A DNA stretch of 64,000 nt. Origin: Callorhinchus milii (lineage: Eukaryota). Below, one piece after another: positions 39,020 through 51,432 of this stretch. How positions within the stretch are numbered: the stretch's first letter is position 1; every line of letters begins with the position of its first letter. The notes beneath the pieces were generated by a model. The model was given only the letters and a program-made list of their open reading frames with translations, ran no database searches and was not told the origin of the DNA. The DNA lies in the NCBI RefSeq assembly GCF_018977255.1, contig NW_024704742.1:103232001-103296000 (forward strand), written 5' to 3'. A program made the translations under genes and the position numbers.

Positions 39020-39474
39020 AAACCAGTGTTTGGTCAACCACAACCCGTCAGCAGTCAATGAATTTATGTATCAACCAAACATATATAGAGCAGAAAGTGT
39101 CATTTGTACTACAACATATAAGTTAATATTTGTTGAGCAATGAGACTGCAGGCACCATGACTCAAACTTTTGGTGATTTGCACAAAGTAATCTAAGTCCT
39201 CTTTGTGCTGTGCTGTTCACCCAATAAAACAAAATAAAGTTTACATTCTGTTTCAAGTAACAATTATAATACAATAAACCCATAACGCGTTGCTCAATTT
39301 TTACACCTGACATAATGCTTTTCACATCAGGGGTGGATGTGTCAAAGTGCTTCACAGCTTATACTGAAAAGTGGAGTTTTTTTTTCTAGACAAAATTGCA
39401 ATAAAGTGTACGTTCAAGCAAACAACATGCACAAATGAATGTTTTTTGTTATTTGAGTGTACTAATAATTCAAT

Positions 39475-39477
39475 AGA

Positions 39478-39509
<32 letters not shown>
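39475..39509. repeat. (AG)n microsatellite
   Basis: Direct reading. Confidence 0.9.
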
Positions 39510-40401
39510 AAGGCTAAAATGACTGTCATTATAATAGAAGTACAGGCATGAAAATCAAGGTCTTTGCTTTGCTGTTGAGTAGATTTGGTTTTTCCATAAG
39601 TAATGGAAAAATGGATCACTGAGATGCAAACTTCTAAGCCAGGGATGTACTGTGCTGCCTGCTCTATATTAACTAAAGGATTGATAACACAATAAACCAC
39701 AACACACCAAAAAAGTATAGAAGATTTGGAACCATATTGTGGATCACGAAGAGAGAATCTAAGGTCGCTGCAAGACACTTCTCCTTTTATATTGCCTGTC
39801 AAACTGTTCTTTACCAAAATAAAAACAATCAGTAAATATATATTAATTGTTCTGCCGTGTTTGCCTACAAATGCTCAGTCACTACATTTCACAATAATTC
39901 CTGTGAAGCGCTTTGAGATGTCCTTCTGATATGATAAGGTGCTATAACAAATGCAAGGATTATTATTATTATTATAATACAGCCTATATTTGCTGCAGGA
40001 GTCTTCCCCACCCCTGCCCTGACACTTGAATATCAATTGTAAATTAATGTTGGGATACGTGCAGACTGAGATAAACAAATACTCTATAGCACACAGTTAT
40101 TTCTGTGCTGATGTAGCCAGCTAAGGAAGATAGGTGTTATCTGTGGATGCGAGGTACCAGGAATGAATAATGGAAGTATAGGGATGAATGAGCATCACAG
40201 AGTTCTTACTTAATTAACTTTGAGATTATCGAGGGAATAGCTTCCTTCAGGAAATAAAATGTTGGGGTGGATACTATGGTATGTTTCTCGTTGTGGTGAA
40301 ATGAGTGGACTTGATAGTCTGAATAGCCTTTGCTAATTCCACAGATTTAAAAATAAATCGTCGTCTGAAGCTCTCTTGTGATACTATCTGGGTTGAGAAG
40401 G

Positions 40402-40730
40402 ATAATAATAATAATAATAATAATCCTTGCATTTGATATAACGCTTTTCACGTCGGGAGGACGTCCCAAAGCGCTTCACAGAACACACTGTAAAGTGAAT
40501 TGACTGTATATTTGTGGGCGAACGCGGCAGCCAATTGCGCACAGCAATGTCCCACAAACAGTCGTAGATTGAAAATGACCAATTTATTATTGTTTTTGAT
40601 TTTGGAGAGATTATTATTAGGCTCTGTGTGGAGTAAGGAAACTTGCCCAAGGTTTCGCCCTCTGCCTGGAATTGAACCCAGGTCTCTCGCTTGCAAAGCG
40701 AGTGCTCTAACCACTGAGCTACAGGACTCC
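40402..40730 (-). mobile_element. tRNA-Ala-derived SINE, short subfamily, full length
   Basis: Near-identical to 451-780. Confidence 0.92.
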
Positions 40731-42689
40731 AGGAGCAAGGATGAGATGAACCGAGAAGTGGTGATGAGGTGATGGTAAGCTTGGGTTTTTGAATCTATAG
40801 ATTGGAAGTGGAAAGGGAAACTGATGACATACAAAGCTCTACTGTCACGATCTTGAGAAAGACTGTGTTAAAATAAACAAGATGAGTCGTGGTTTCGAGA
40901 GAAATATGAGTGTGTACGGCAGTGTATTTGGCGCTTGGGAGGAACAGAGGGGAAAGGTCAGGGAAGCAACAACCATAGTAGTGTCGACAAGATAGACAAG
41001 AATCATTGAGATAGAGAGAGAAATGCTGGTGGCTGGATGTGAGTGAAGCATTACCTATCAGATAACAAGACACGCAATCCCCAAATCTCAGAGACTGACA
41101 TGAATCATTGATGAAAGGCACATATATAACAAGCACAACCAAGGTTCAAATTAAGGCACACTGACAGATCCTGATACTTAGAAAGGGATTCAATATGTTT
41201 TGAGTTTCTGTACCTCTTTGATTTAGCATGTTCCCATTTTTAATACATTACTAAGATCATGTCCCGCAAACAATACAAGTCGTGCATCTATAACACTGCC
41301 CTGGTTTTATGCTGACAGAGCCCTGAAGCCATGGCCAGAAGATGGGTAAACCAGCCTCATTTCATATTTTGGCACAAGCTGACCCTCGCTCATCGAACTG
41401 GAACTCAAATCCAAACCACTGAATCTTATTTTTGCCTTCTCGTTAAACAGAAAAACCTGCTATGTTTGAAGAAATCCAAACGAAGCTTGACTGAGCTGGT
41501 CACGTTTGTCTAGGTTTCACATTTTAACTCTTTATTGTGCTTATCCCTAACCATGACTAGTTTTCTTTAGATCTTCTTAAACCACTCTGATCCTGCAGGA
41601 AAAGACACCCACTACACAAAGGGATAACAGGAGATGACCCACACTTGTAACAGATAAGATTTCTTTAAATATTTTAAGACAAGTGTGACTGACATCAGAG
41701 CTCTAGATTAAACCACCTTCCTGCTATTTTGGTTCAGAAAAAAGACTTCATCTTTTACTTTACAATTACATTTTTGTTACTCAAACAAAGCAACACAGCC
41801 TTGAGCTCAGAATTCAGCTCCTGTTACTTTGCAAGCCAAAGCCCTAAAGTGGTTCTAACATGCAGACATTGATAGACAGTGCTTCCAATTAGAGAAGCTC
41901 TGTGGTTTTAGCTGGTTAAACTCTAGCAGTATCCCAACACACACTTAGGGTCCTTGAGGCTTGCTTTTACCAATCTCACTTAATTCTCTGCAGGTTGCGT
42001 CCCTCCAGGAGGAGAGCACGCATTCCATTCCAGACCCAGGGAAATATTTCTGTGTAGCTGGCATGCATATGTGGAACTCTCAGTCTGGTTTGAATACTCT
42101 TAAGCATGGTGATGGGTTCCACACATATCACCCAGCTAACCAAAGTAAAGAAGGAAGGTAATCAGACAATTCAGATTAAAAAACTTTACATAAAGATTGG
42201 TGACTATACCGAGAAAGGCAGTAGAGACATTTTGGGTCAACAAATTCAAAAGAGTATTCAAAAGACTTTGATTGAGGAGTATAGGGAAGGATTATACAGT
42301 TTTTGCATTGATTTAATTATTTCAAAATTTGCGACCAGCCATATATGACCACTGAGGTTTTCTCTGGTCCTGAAAATGATTGGAATATTTAATCAACATG
42401 CAATAAGTTTTACATGAATAAACACAGTCTTGGCAAAGTGGGGAGTCTATTCCCAATAGCTGGAGGATGAAGCTAGTAATTTATGTTTCCCAAATTATTC
42501 CGCATCCATAATTGATAGATCCAATAGATAAGAGCTATCTGAGTGTCTCAACATATGATCATTCACTTGTGTCCAAAATAAACTTGTGACTCAAATGCAG
42601 TGTAATGTACAGTGGAGAGGTACATTGTGAAATCTCGCTCACCATCACATCAGCTGTTCATTTTTCTCTTCTGTCAGCATGCAGTACAT

Positions 42690-43490
42690 CAACAACTACA
42701 ATAAGAATTTATACATTGCCTTTCACATGGAGAGGACATCAAAATGCGCACGTAGCTAACTTAGAGTCCAACGTGGGTGGAGGGGGAGCTGAGGAAGAAT
42801 TTGGACACAAGTGAATGAAGAAGTTCATATGTTGAGACACTCAGATAGCTCTTATCTATTGGATCTATCAATTATGGATGCGGAATAATAGTCCAAAGTG
42901 GGTGGAGGGGGAGCTGAGGAAGGCGGGGAGGGGAAATAGGTGACTGAAAGGTAGCTCTTAAGGTGGGCTTTATGGGTACAGGAGAAAGAATTTGTGAGGA
43001 GGAGGGGCTCCGGCATGGAATTCCAAAGAGTGGGGACAGAATAGGTGAAAGGTTCCTGATCAATAGTGGAGAGAATTGGGCAGGGTTAGGGTTATGTTCT
43101 GAATGGCAGTATACTTATAGCAGTAGCATGAAGGCTGTAATGATCTTGAACGTGATCGGCTGGAGGAATGGGGTACCAATGATGCTGAGAGGGGTTGTGG
43201 GTTATAGGCTTACGGAGCCTGGTGTAAAAGAGGACATGAACTGCAGAGTTCTGCAGGATCTTTACCTTGTGTAGGATTTGCTGAGGAGTCCAGCAAGCAG
43301 GGTGTTGAATAATCCCACCTGGACGTGCTGAAGGTAAGGTATGGATGAAGGTCTCGGCAGTCTGGGGAGAAAGGTAGTGGTGCAGAAGGATGATGTTGCA
43401 GAGCTGATGGAAAACAAAGTGAGTGAAAGCATGGATCTAGGGCTTGAAAGACAGTTGGGGGGAGTCGAACAAGTTACCGAGGTTCTGCAT
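42690..43490 (-). mobile_element. Old L2 3' fragment containing a templated insertion
   Basis: Degenerate tail at ~42690-42750; ctgcagagttctg (QNSA) and other L2 motifs. Confidence 0.65.
42800..42889 (-). repeat. Inverted copy of 42494-42577
   Basis: Exact reverse complement except for a 6-bp indel (agaagt). Confidence 0.92.
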
Positions 43491-43968
43491 CAACAACAAC
43501 AAATTAAATTTGTTTAGCGCCTTTCACGTCGGGTGGGATTCAAAGCACTGGAAGGATGTCCCAAAGCATCAGACTGACACTTCCAAGGCAGATGCCCTCA
43601 GATAATAATCTTCTACTGTTGATCAAGGACAAATAGTGTCCATGAAGCACCTTCTTTAAGTTCAACACTAGAGCGTGACTCTGATATCCTTTCTGTAATG
43701 GTGTACCCATACTGCATGTAGAATTCCAACTACCTAACCATGTATAACCACCTATAACTTTAACACTGCTTCCTTATTTTTATAGTCATTGTCCCTAGAT
43801 AGCATAAAACTCTTAGTCCCATACATCTTTTCTTGACATTTCCCACCTCCACATCCAACTTTAAAGATTTATGTAGGACTAACCCTAACCCTGCCCTCCA
43901 CATCTCCTGATCCCAACCCTGCTAAATCCTTGACTGTTTAAGGCCTTGGGATGCACTCCCGATATGAA

Positions 43969-45300
43969 CATAAGAACATAAGAAATGCTAGACAAAAAAA
44001 GACCAAGGTCCATCTAATAGCTTTTCACCTTCCTGGCAGTAGCATGCACATACGTCCCAATCTACCTATGCACTATATCCCATAATGTTATTTCTTAAAA
44101 GAAAACTATCTAATCTGTGTTTGAAAGAATCAACACTTCCTGCTTCAACCGTCTCCCTAGGGAGCCTGTTCCACAGGTTCACTATTCGCTCACTGAAATA
44201 GTGTTTGCATAGATTTGTTCTGAATTTACCTCTTTCAATCGCAGGCCATGTCCTCTGATTCTACTATTCGGGACAAGTTGAAACAACCTGTCATGACCTA
44301 TATTGTCTTGCCCCTTTAGAATACTAAGGACAGCAATTATGTCGCCTCTCAACCTTCTCTTTTCCAGTGTGAACATGCCCAATTTATTTAGTTGCTCCTC
44401 ATAGTCCAGACCCTCCATTCCCTCAATCATTTTGGTTGCCCTCCTCTGTATCTTCTTGATTTCTCCAATATCCTTTTTGTACCATGATGACCAGCACTGT
44501 ACATAGTACTCTAAGTATGGTCTCACCAATGATCTATACAGTGGTAGGATTACCCCACTATTTCGGCTTGCTGTTGATCATTTGATACATCATCCACTGA
44601 TAACATTTTCCCATTCCGATGGCATTCCCTGTATCACCACCTTCTGGGTTCTTCCGATCAACCAATTGCATATCCAATGTAATATATTCCACTGATTCCC
44701 ACTTTTTTTACTTTTAGTACCAGCTTCTCAAGAGTAACTGTATCAAAAGCCTTACTGAAATCCAGATATACAACATCCACAGCCTTATCCTCATTAAGCT
44801 CCCTTGTCACACCATCAAAGAAAAACAGTAAATTAGATTGGCAAGACCTTTCCTTCATGAACCCAGATTGGCTATCATTTATGATTTTATTTCTATCCAG
44901 ATGCTCCATGATTTTATCCTTAGTAAGAATTTCCATAATTTTACCCATAATGGATGTCAAACTTACTAGAAGGTAGTTTCCTGGGTCACTTTCGTTACCT
45001 TTCTTAAAAATAGGAGTAACATCTGTCTTTCTCCAATCCCCTGGCACCTCTCCACTATTCAGTGATTTTTAAAAGATTTGTGCCAGTGTTTCTACGACTT
45101 CCTCCCTTAGTTCCTTAAAGAAAATCGGATGCAATTTATCTGACCACAGAGATTTATTTACCTTAAGTTTACACAGCTGTTTGGCAACCATACTGGTCAT
45201 GATATGAATAGTGTTGCAACTTTTCTCAACATCCTTGATTCTCTTTCCAGATCAGAACCTTTGCTTTGCATTGGTACACATTGTTCCATTACCTTCATAA
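43969..45300 (-). mobile_element. CR1 LINE with internal deletions, inserted into an L2 tail
   Basis: cataagaacataagaa tail complement; VRPYLEYYVQCWS, KRRLRGDII, VTPIFKKG..PGNY, VVYLDFSKAFD. Confidence 0.9.
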
Positions 45301-45307
45301 TCACATA

Positions 45308-45398
45308 AAGTTTAAATACAGTGAGAAATTATTGCTTTTCATGATATGTTAACAAAAAATTAGGTTGCATACAGCATCAAAAAGGTTTCCTCAATGAA
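45308..45398 (+). repeat. Direct copy of 45872-45958
   Basis: aagtttaaatacagtgagaaatt..taggttgcatacag.atcaaaaaggttt.ctcaatgaa with a few substitutions and a small indel. Confidence 0.9.
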
Positions 45399-46414
45399 AG
45401 GTGCTGTACAAATGTAATTAGTTGTTCTTATTATTGTTATTCAATCGTGAAAGCACTTTGAGAAGCCAGTAAAAAAAAATTTGTAAGGGTGTAAACTTTA
45501 GCAGCCAATAAGAAAATAATGGTATCAAATGACATACTAATGACCTTAAATGATATTTAAAAGGTAAAAAAAATGGTTTGAGAAACAGTCAACAGAAGAG
45601 ATGCTTAAGCAACAGCACTGCATACTTTAGCTGAGGGAATAAATGGATGCAGGGACACACTTTCACCACTGGTAGCTTGTTGCCAGTGCTGCAGATCAGG
45701 ATGAGAGCCTGGCAGAAAGCCACAGATCTGAAGAATCCTGTTGGGAATCACCCCGTGGAAATGGGAAGAGATCAGTCAGCAATAATCACAGCTTGAAAAA
45801 TGTTGGCATTATCATTGTATGCGTTTAATTATTGTTCTTTTTAATGAAACCAGTGTGTGTTGATTTCCTTGAAGTTTAAATACAGTGAGAAATTACTGCT
45901 TTTCATATGTTAACAAATATTAGGTTGCATACAGTATCAAAAAGGTTTGCTCAATGAATTGAAACCAAGGAGCAGGAGAATGTTTAGCATCTGTAGCTGG
46001 TTATGATAATAGGTTTCTGCCAACATGCAGGTAAAACTGAGGACGTCCCAAGGCGCTAGTCCAAAACTCTGTCTGTCCAGCGCCTTGGCACGTCCTCCCG
46101 ACGTGAAAGGTGCTATACAAATGTAATTTTGTTGTTGTTGTATACAATGCCCAAAGGAGGAGGGTCGAAGTCCCTTCAAACCAGGTCCATTTTACGATTG
46201 ACAAAACGTTTTGCAAATAGTGAATCCTGCAGGTGCGGGGATGTGTCCCAGGCTGATTTGTAACTCTGCACGGATGCTAATCTCCATTTCCATTTCTGTG
46301 AAGCTGGATTGTAGCCAATGGAGGCTCCTTTCACCTGCCAGGAGATCGAACGGTCAGCCTGAGACACCTTCAGCTTATTAAAGCATTGATTTTGTTGCTG
46401 ACATAGTTCTTGAG

Positions 46415-46605
46415 TCACCCTTGCCTCCTTCAAGACCCATCTCAAGACCCACCTCTTCGACCGTGCCTTTAATCACCCTCCTTGCCCCCCCTGCCCTCCA
46501 CCCTCCCTGATCTTGACCCCCAGCTCACGTCCAAAACACTGATTGTCCAGCGCCTTGGGACATCCTCCCAACATGAAATCACAAATGTAATTTTGTTGTT
46601 GTTGA
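46415..46605 (+). mobile_element. L2 3' end fragment
   Basis: FKTHLKTHLF motif, 3' UTR, tail; a second tail is at ~46040-46142. Confidence 0.8.
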
Positions 46606-48336
46606 TCATAACTCTATGATCTATAAATAAGTTTACTATAACCAGAACCCTGTAGCACAAATAGATATTGTCCTGACTCCAGGTGCTAGGCATCAATTTG
46701 TATACTGTGATTTCTGTGATTACTTGCACATTGCAGTGGTAGAATCATGGTGTATTATACAATGCTATTGCATTCATAAAGAATGCTCCAATGGATACCT
46801 GAGTGCCACCAATAACTAGTGAAGCCAATCACCTGAGTAAAGGCTTCCTGTCTGGCTATTTGTGGATGTTGTGGCTTTACAAATAAAATAAATCTGGGCG
46901 ACACTTAGGACAAGGCATCAGTCACTATGCTCATATAGTTAGTGATTTGGCATGCTTCACCGTGGTCTCCATTTGGTGCATGAATGATATTTATTGTTTC
47001 TCTCTTTGTGGGTATGGTGCAGTGTTGGCCAAAAAGTACATATGATTCACTAACCATCTGGCTTATCAAACAATGACATTGTTCCTCCCTCATGTCCCTC
47101 CCTCATGCCAGAAAGAAACTCTGGAGTAAAATGTTGATAGTTTATTTTAACCCATTCCTTGTGTTAAGCGGTTACTGCTATTTAATGTTATTTACTTGAT
47201 AATTAATAAGCACCATTGACAATATTTGACTGTGCTCAGCGCATTGCTCCCAGTGTCCATCCTTGTAGCTGCTCTTCCTGGTCAGGGAACTGTTTGGCTG
47301 GTGAAAAATGCCCTGTAAAATGACTTTAAATGGTTGGTTTCCTGATGTAAAGCTGTTGGAATGAGTTTTAACTTGAAGATTTCCTATTTCCTGCACGAGA
47401 ACCCCTTGCTTGAGTTACATTCATATTCCAATAGCCTACAACAACAATAATTTAGATTTAAACAATGCCTCTCACATCAGAAGGATGTCTCATAGTGCAT
47501 TGGAAAGAGGCCTACGTACAGAAGCAAGGTTGAAGGGCAACAAATGTCTCTCAGTGAGCTGATTGGGAGCTTAAACAAAAAGGGCCAGGGGAATGATGTA
47601 GATAGAGTGGGGAGTAGTGGTGATTGAAAGTGCAGTTGAAAAGATTGGTCTTAAGACCATATCAATTTAGTTTGATAAGTTTGCTGTGCTGTTCATCTCT
47701 GCCAAGTAACCAGCTTTCTGGGAGGAGCGGCTGTGGGGATTGGAGGCTGGGAGATACGCAACAGAAATACTAAGTAATAAGAAAATATTTGTGGTGCTGC
47801 TTAACTTATTGCTTATGTTTAATAACACAAGAACTGGATTAAGAAATTGCTGGAATTGTTACCCCTCTACACGTGTGCAATCTTTCAACTGGGAGCCTTC
47901 TCAGCCCTACTCTTGACTTTTATATGATTGCTCTCCCTCCATTAATTCACCCTCCTGGTCCATGACCAGTGTTAGCAATCCAATGCCCACAATGCAGGCA
48001 GATGCAGGTCACTGTCAGCAATTCCACCAAATGCAAGTTTTATACAAAGAGTATATTTTGGGGGTGGGGTTGGTGGTGGGGGCGTGTCAGCTGGGGTCTG
48101 CAAAAAACCATCACCATTCTTGCTGTCAGATCAGTTGCATTTGCTTTCTTCTAGGCTGCTGAACAGCCATCAACCTCTTATAACTAATAATACATTTTGT
48201 AATCATATAAAAGTATGTTATGCGCAATTATCTGCCGCATTTTATGCACAAAATATACAGTCAATTCACTTTACAGCATATTCTGTGAAGCACTTTGAAA
48301 TATCTCAATGACGTAATATATCGCCTTATCCTGTAA

Positions 48337-48695
48337 GGAGTCCTGTCCTCAGTTGTTACAGCACTTGTTTCGCAAGCGAGAGATCTGGGTTTTATTCCCG
48401 GCAGGGTAAGTTTCCTTACTCCAAACTATTCTATTTACCTAGCAGTAAGTAGGAACTCAGTTGTTAGTCAATTGGTGGATCGCTTTTCCGGTGGCAATAA
48501 TTCCTTAAAAAAAATAATAAATTGGTCACTTAATCCATAACTATTTGTGGGACACTGCTGTGCGCAATTGGCTGCCGCATTTCACCCACAAAATATACAG
48601 TCAATTAACTTTACAGTAAATTCTGTGAAGCGCCTTGAAACGTTTGCAAGATGTGATAAGGCACTATATCAAATGCAAGGATTATTATTGTTATA
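48337..48695 (+). mobile_element. tRNA-derived SINE, long subfamily
   Basis: Head, long block, tail. Confidence 0.85.
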
Positions 48696-48869
48696 ATATT
48701 ATCATATATTCCAGACGTCTCAAATTGCTTCACAGAATATACGTTAAAGTGAATTGACTGTATATTTTGTGAAATATATATGAAATTAACTTACATTTTT
48801 ATGGCATCCATATGGAGACACATTCTACCAGATTCTAGATTTAACTCTATGTAATACAATATATATAAT

Positions 48870-49115
48870 AATTGTTGCATTTGGTATAGCGCTTTTCACG
48901 TCTTCTAGATGTCTCAAAGCGCTTCACAGAATAATAATAATAATAATCCTTGCATTTGATATAGCGCTTTTCACGTCAGGAGGACGTCCCAAAGCGCTTC
49001 ACAGAACACACTGTAAAGTGAATTGACTGTATATTTGTGGGCAAAACGTGGCAGCCAATTGCGCACAGCAATGTCCCACAAACAGTCGTGGATCGAGTGA
49101 CCAATTTATTATTGT
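48870..49115 (-). mobile_element. Two tandem SINE 3' fragments
   Basis: Tail at ~48875-48930 (TAGAA loop), then tail plus body at 48930-49115 (CTCCT loop). Confidence 0.8.
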
Positions 49116-49124
49116 TGTGTGTGT

Positions 49125-49520
49125 TGTATTTATTTCCATTACCACATCATCTGGGTCCCAGATACACATTTTCTTTCTCTGGTCTACCTATTTTGTTGCA
49201 ATTTCCCCCCCTCCCCCACTTGTTTTGCATTATTAACACCTCTATTCCCCTGTTTTGTTGCAATCCCCCCCCCCCCCCCCACTTTGTTTGGCATCACTAA
49301 CACCACTTTAACCCATCATCCCCTGTCCTCTACCCCATTTTCTCCTTTGTTCTCCTTGTCCTGCCTCCCCCTCTCTGTTTGCCCTTAAAAGCCTCTCCCT
49401 CCCAACATGCCCCAGTTTTGACGAAAGGTCGTGGACCTGAAACGTTGACTCACTTTCCTCTCTCCATAGATGCTGCCTGACCTGCTGAGTATTCCCAGAG
49501 ATTTCTGTTTTTGTTTATTA
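49125..49520 (+). mobile_element. Penelope-like element terminal fragment
   Basis: Pyrimidine-rich tract then tgacgaaaggtc..gacctgaaacgttgactc..tctctccatagatgctgcctgacctgctgagtattcccag..tttctgtttttg, which resembles chondrichthyan Penelope-type termini as I recall them. Confidence 0.65.
49414..49450 (+). ncRNA. Minimal type-I hammerhead ribozyme-like motif (C3U variant)
   Basis: Stem I AGTT/GACT; core TTGACGA; extra A; stem II AGGTC-GTG-GACCT; GAAA; palindromic AACGTT stem III; GUU triplet. Confidence 0.6.
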
Positions 49521-49734
49521 TTGTTTGTAACAGTTTAGAATTTCAAGAATTTGTTGAATTCTGTCTTAAATTTGAAATCAGATTCAAGTTTTTAAAAGAC
49601 CTTCCAGGAAATATACTTCAATAGCATTTAAGAATATACTTCAGTAGCATTTAAGAATTTAGCAAATTTGGACACACTAAAACTCTACATAAACAGAGTA
49701 AATCTAGAACTTGGTGGGTTTCTCATAATGTCAA

Positions 49735-50097
49735 AATGTGGGTTCACAGAAATTATAGTCACATGACAAATATGAAAGACATTTTACAAACAGCAAAGTA
49801 CCACAAACTGCGATGAGGGGAATAACCAATTTATCAGGCCAGGGCACCAGGAGAAACTGCATTTTCTTTTCGAACTGGACTCGTGCTATGGGATCTTTAA
49901 CATCCACCTGATGAACATGCAGACGGGACATTGATTCAATGTCTCATCCAAAAGATTGCAACTTCAACAATCCAGCACTCTTCTACTGCCGCTCCGGAGA
50001 GTCAACCTAGATTTATGAGCTGAAGTCCCAACCGGGAGCTTCAACACAAAACCTTCTGACTCAGAAGCAAGACTGCTACCAAGAGAGCCAAGCTGGC
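49735..50097 (-). mobile_element. DeuSINE (SacSINE1-like), near full length
   Basis: Minus strand: tRNA-like head ggtagcagtcttgcttctgagtcagaagg, then ggatgagacattgaa..caggtggatgttaaagatcccatagcac. Confidence 0.78.
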
Positions 50098-50949
50098 ATT
50101 TTATAATGCGTCACACTGAAATCAGGTATGAAACAAATTATGAATATGCATGAAAACATCTTATTAATTGTTTTCTAACTTAGGCCTGGGTGACTGACAG
50201 GCACTTAATAAGCCCTTTTAATACATGGTTATTACATGTCTCATTTCAGTTCAATATGACAATTTTTTCATTAATATTTTCAAACATCTAATGGCTGACA
50301 ATGCTCGCAGTGTACAGTGATTTCCATGTTAGGCTTTATAAACTACATATGATAAATCCCTATGGTAATTATTCATTACCAGACAGCGCATTGCTCAAAA
50401 GCTCATTAGCTTGGAGCTCAAAATTGCATGACAATTTTGCTTTAGTTTCCCAAATGTTAAAAATGTTAAAAAGATAATAAGAACTAACTACGAGTCCTTC
50501 AATAAGAAAGGGTGAGACCAATGAAAAGTAGGCTGAACATTTAAGAGACTGAAATGCTGAATGTTCCACTGTGGGTGGCACATGTGTTTTGTGAGTTTTA
50601 AAATAGAAGCAATTCAATTCTATACAAACCAACCTCCAGTGCCGAATTACTGCTCAATTGCAAAGGTATGACACAAGGACACACCAAAGATTTCCCATGT
50701 AGAATATCTGGGGAGATAAAAGTAGGGGTGAGGTACAAAGGACCTAAAAATTTACAGCACAGAAGAAGGTCATTATTCACAGAAGAGGAGAAATAAGAGA
50801 AAAGTGAGCTCCTGCAATCCTCATAACTGCTGGTCCAAATGACATGAAAATGCATTATTTAAAATTGGAAGTCATGTATCATGGCTAGTAATTTGCCTTT
50901 AGAAGTAATACGTTCATTACATCTATAATGATTATGATAAATTGATCAA

Positions 50950-51432
50950 TTAATCCACGACTGTTTGTGGAATACTGCTGTGTGTAATTGGCTATTGCGT
51001 TTCTCCCACAAAATATACAGCCAATTCACTTTACAGTATATTGTGTGAAGCGCTTTGAGACATCTTGAAGATGTGATAAGGTGTTATAAGGTGGAGTCCT
51101 GTAGCTCAGTGGTTAGAGCGCTTGCCTTGCAAGCGAGAGACCTGGGTTTGATTCCCAGCAGCGTGAAACCTTGTGCAAGTTTCCTTACTCCACACGCCTG
51201 ATAATAATCCCTCAAGAAAAAACAATAATGATATGGTCACTCAATCCATGACTGTTTGTGGGACACTGCTGTGCACAATTGGCTGCCACGTTTCTCCCAC
51301 AAATATACAGTCACTTCACTTTACAGTATATACTGTGAAGCGCTTTGAGATGCCTAGAAGACATGAAAAGTGCTATATCAAATGCAAGGATTATTAATAT
51401 TATTATTATATCAAATGCAAGGATTATTATTA
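50950..51432 (+). mobile_element. SINE 3' fragment (50950-51090) followed by a full SINE (51091-51432) with duplicated terminal tail
   Basis: Head at 51091; tatatcaaatgcaaggattatta occurs twice. Confidence 0.85.

Noticed and set aside
40735..41150. Possible exon or L2 5' region (overlapping minus-strand ORFs)
   Set aside because: No recognisable protein motif; could not be assigned.
49610..49658. 23-bp tandem duplication (also a short one at ~23460-23487)
   Set aside because: Ordinary slippage-type duplications with no further structure.
47237..50396. Shared 13-mer CAGCGCATTGCTC in two unique islands
   Set aside because: Many 13-mer matches are expected by chance in 64 kb, and the flanks do not align.
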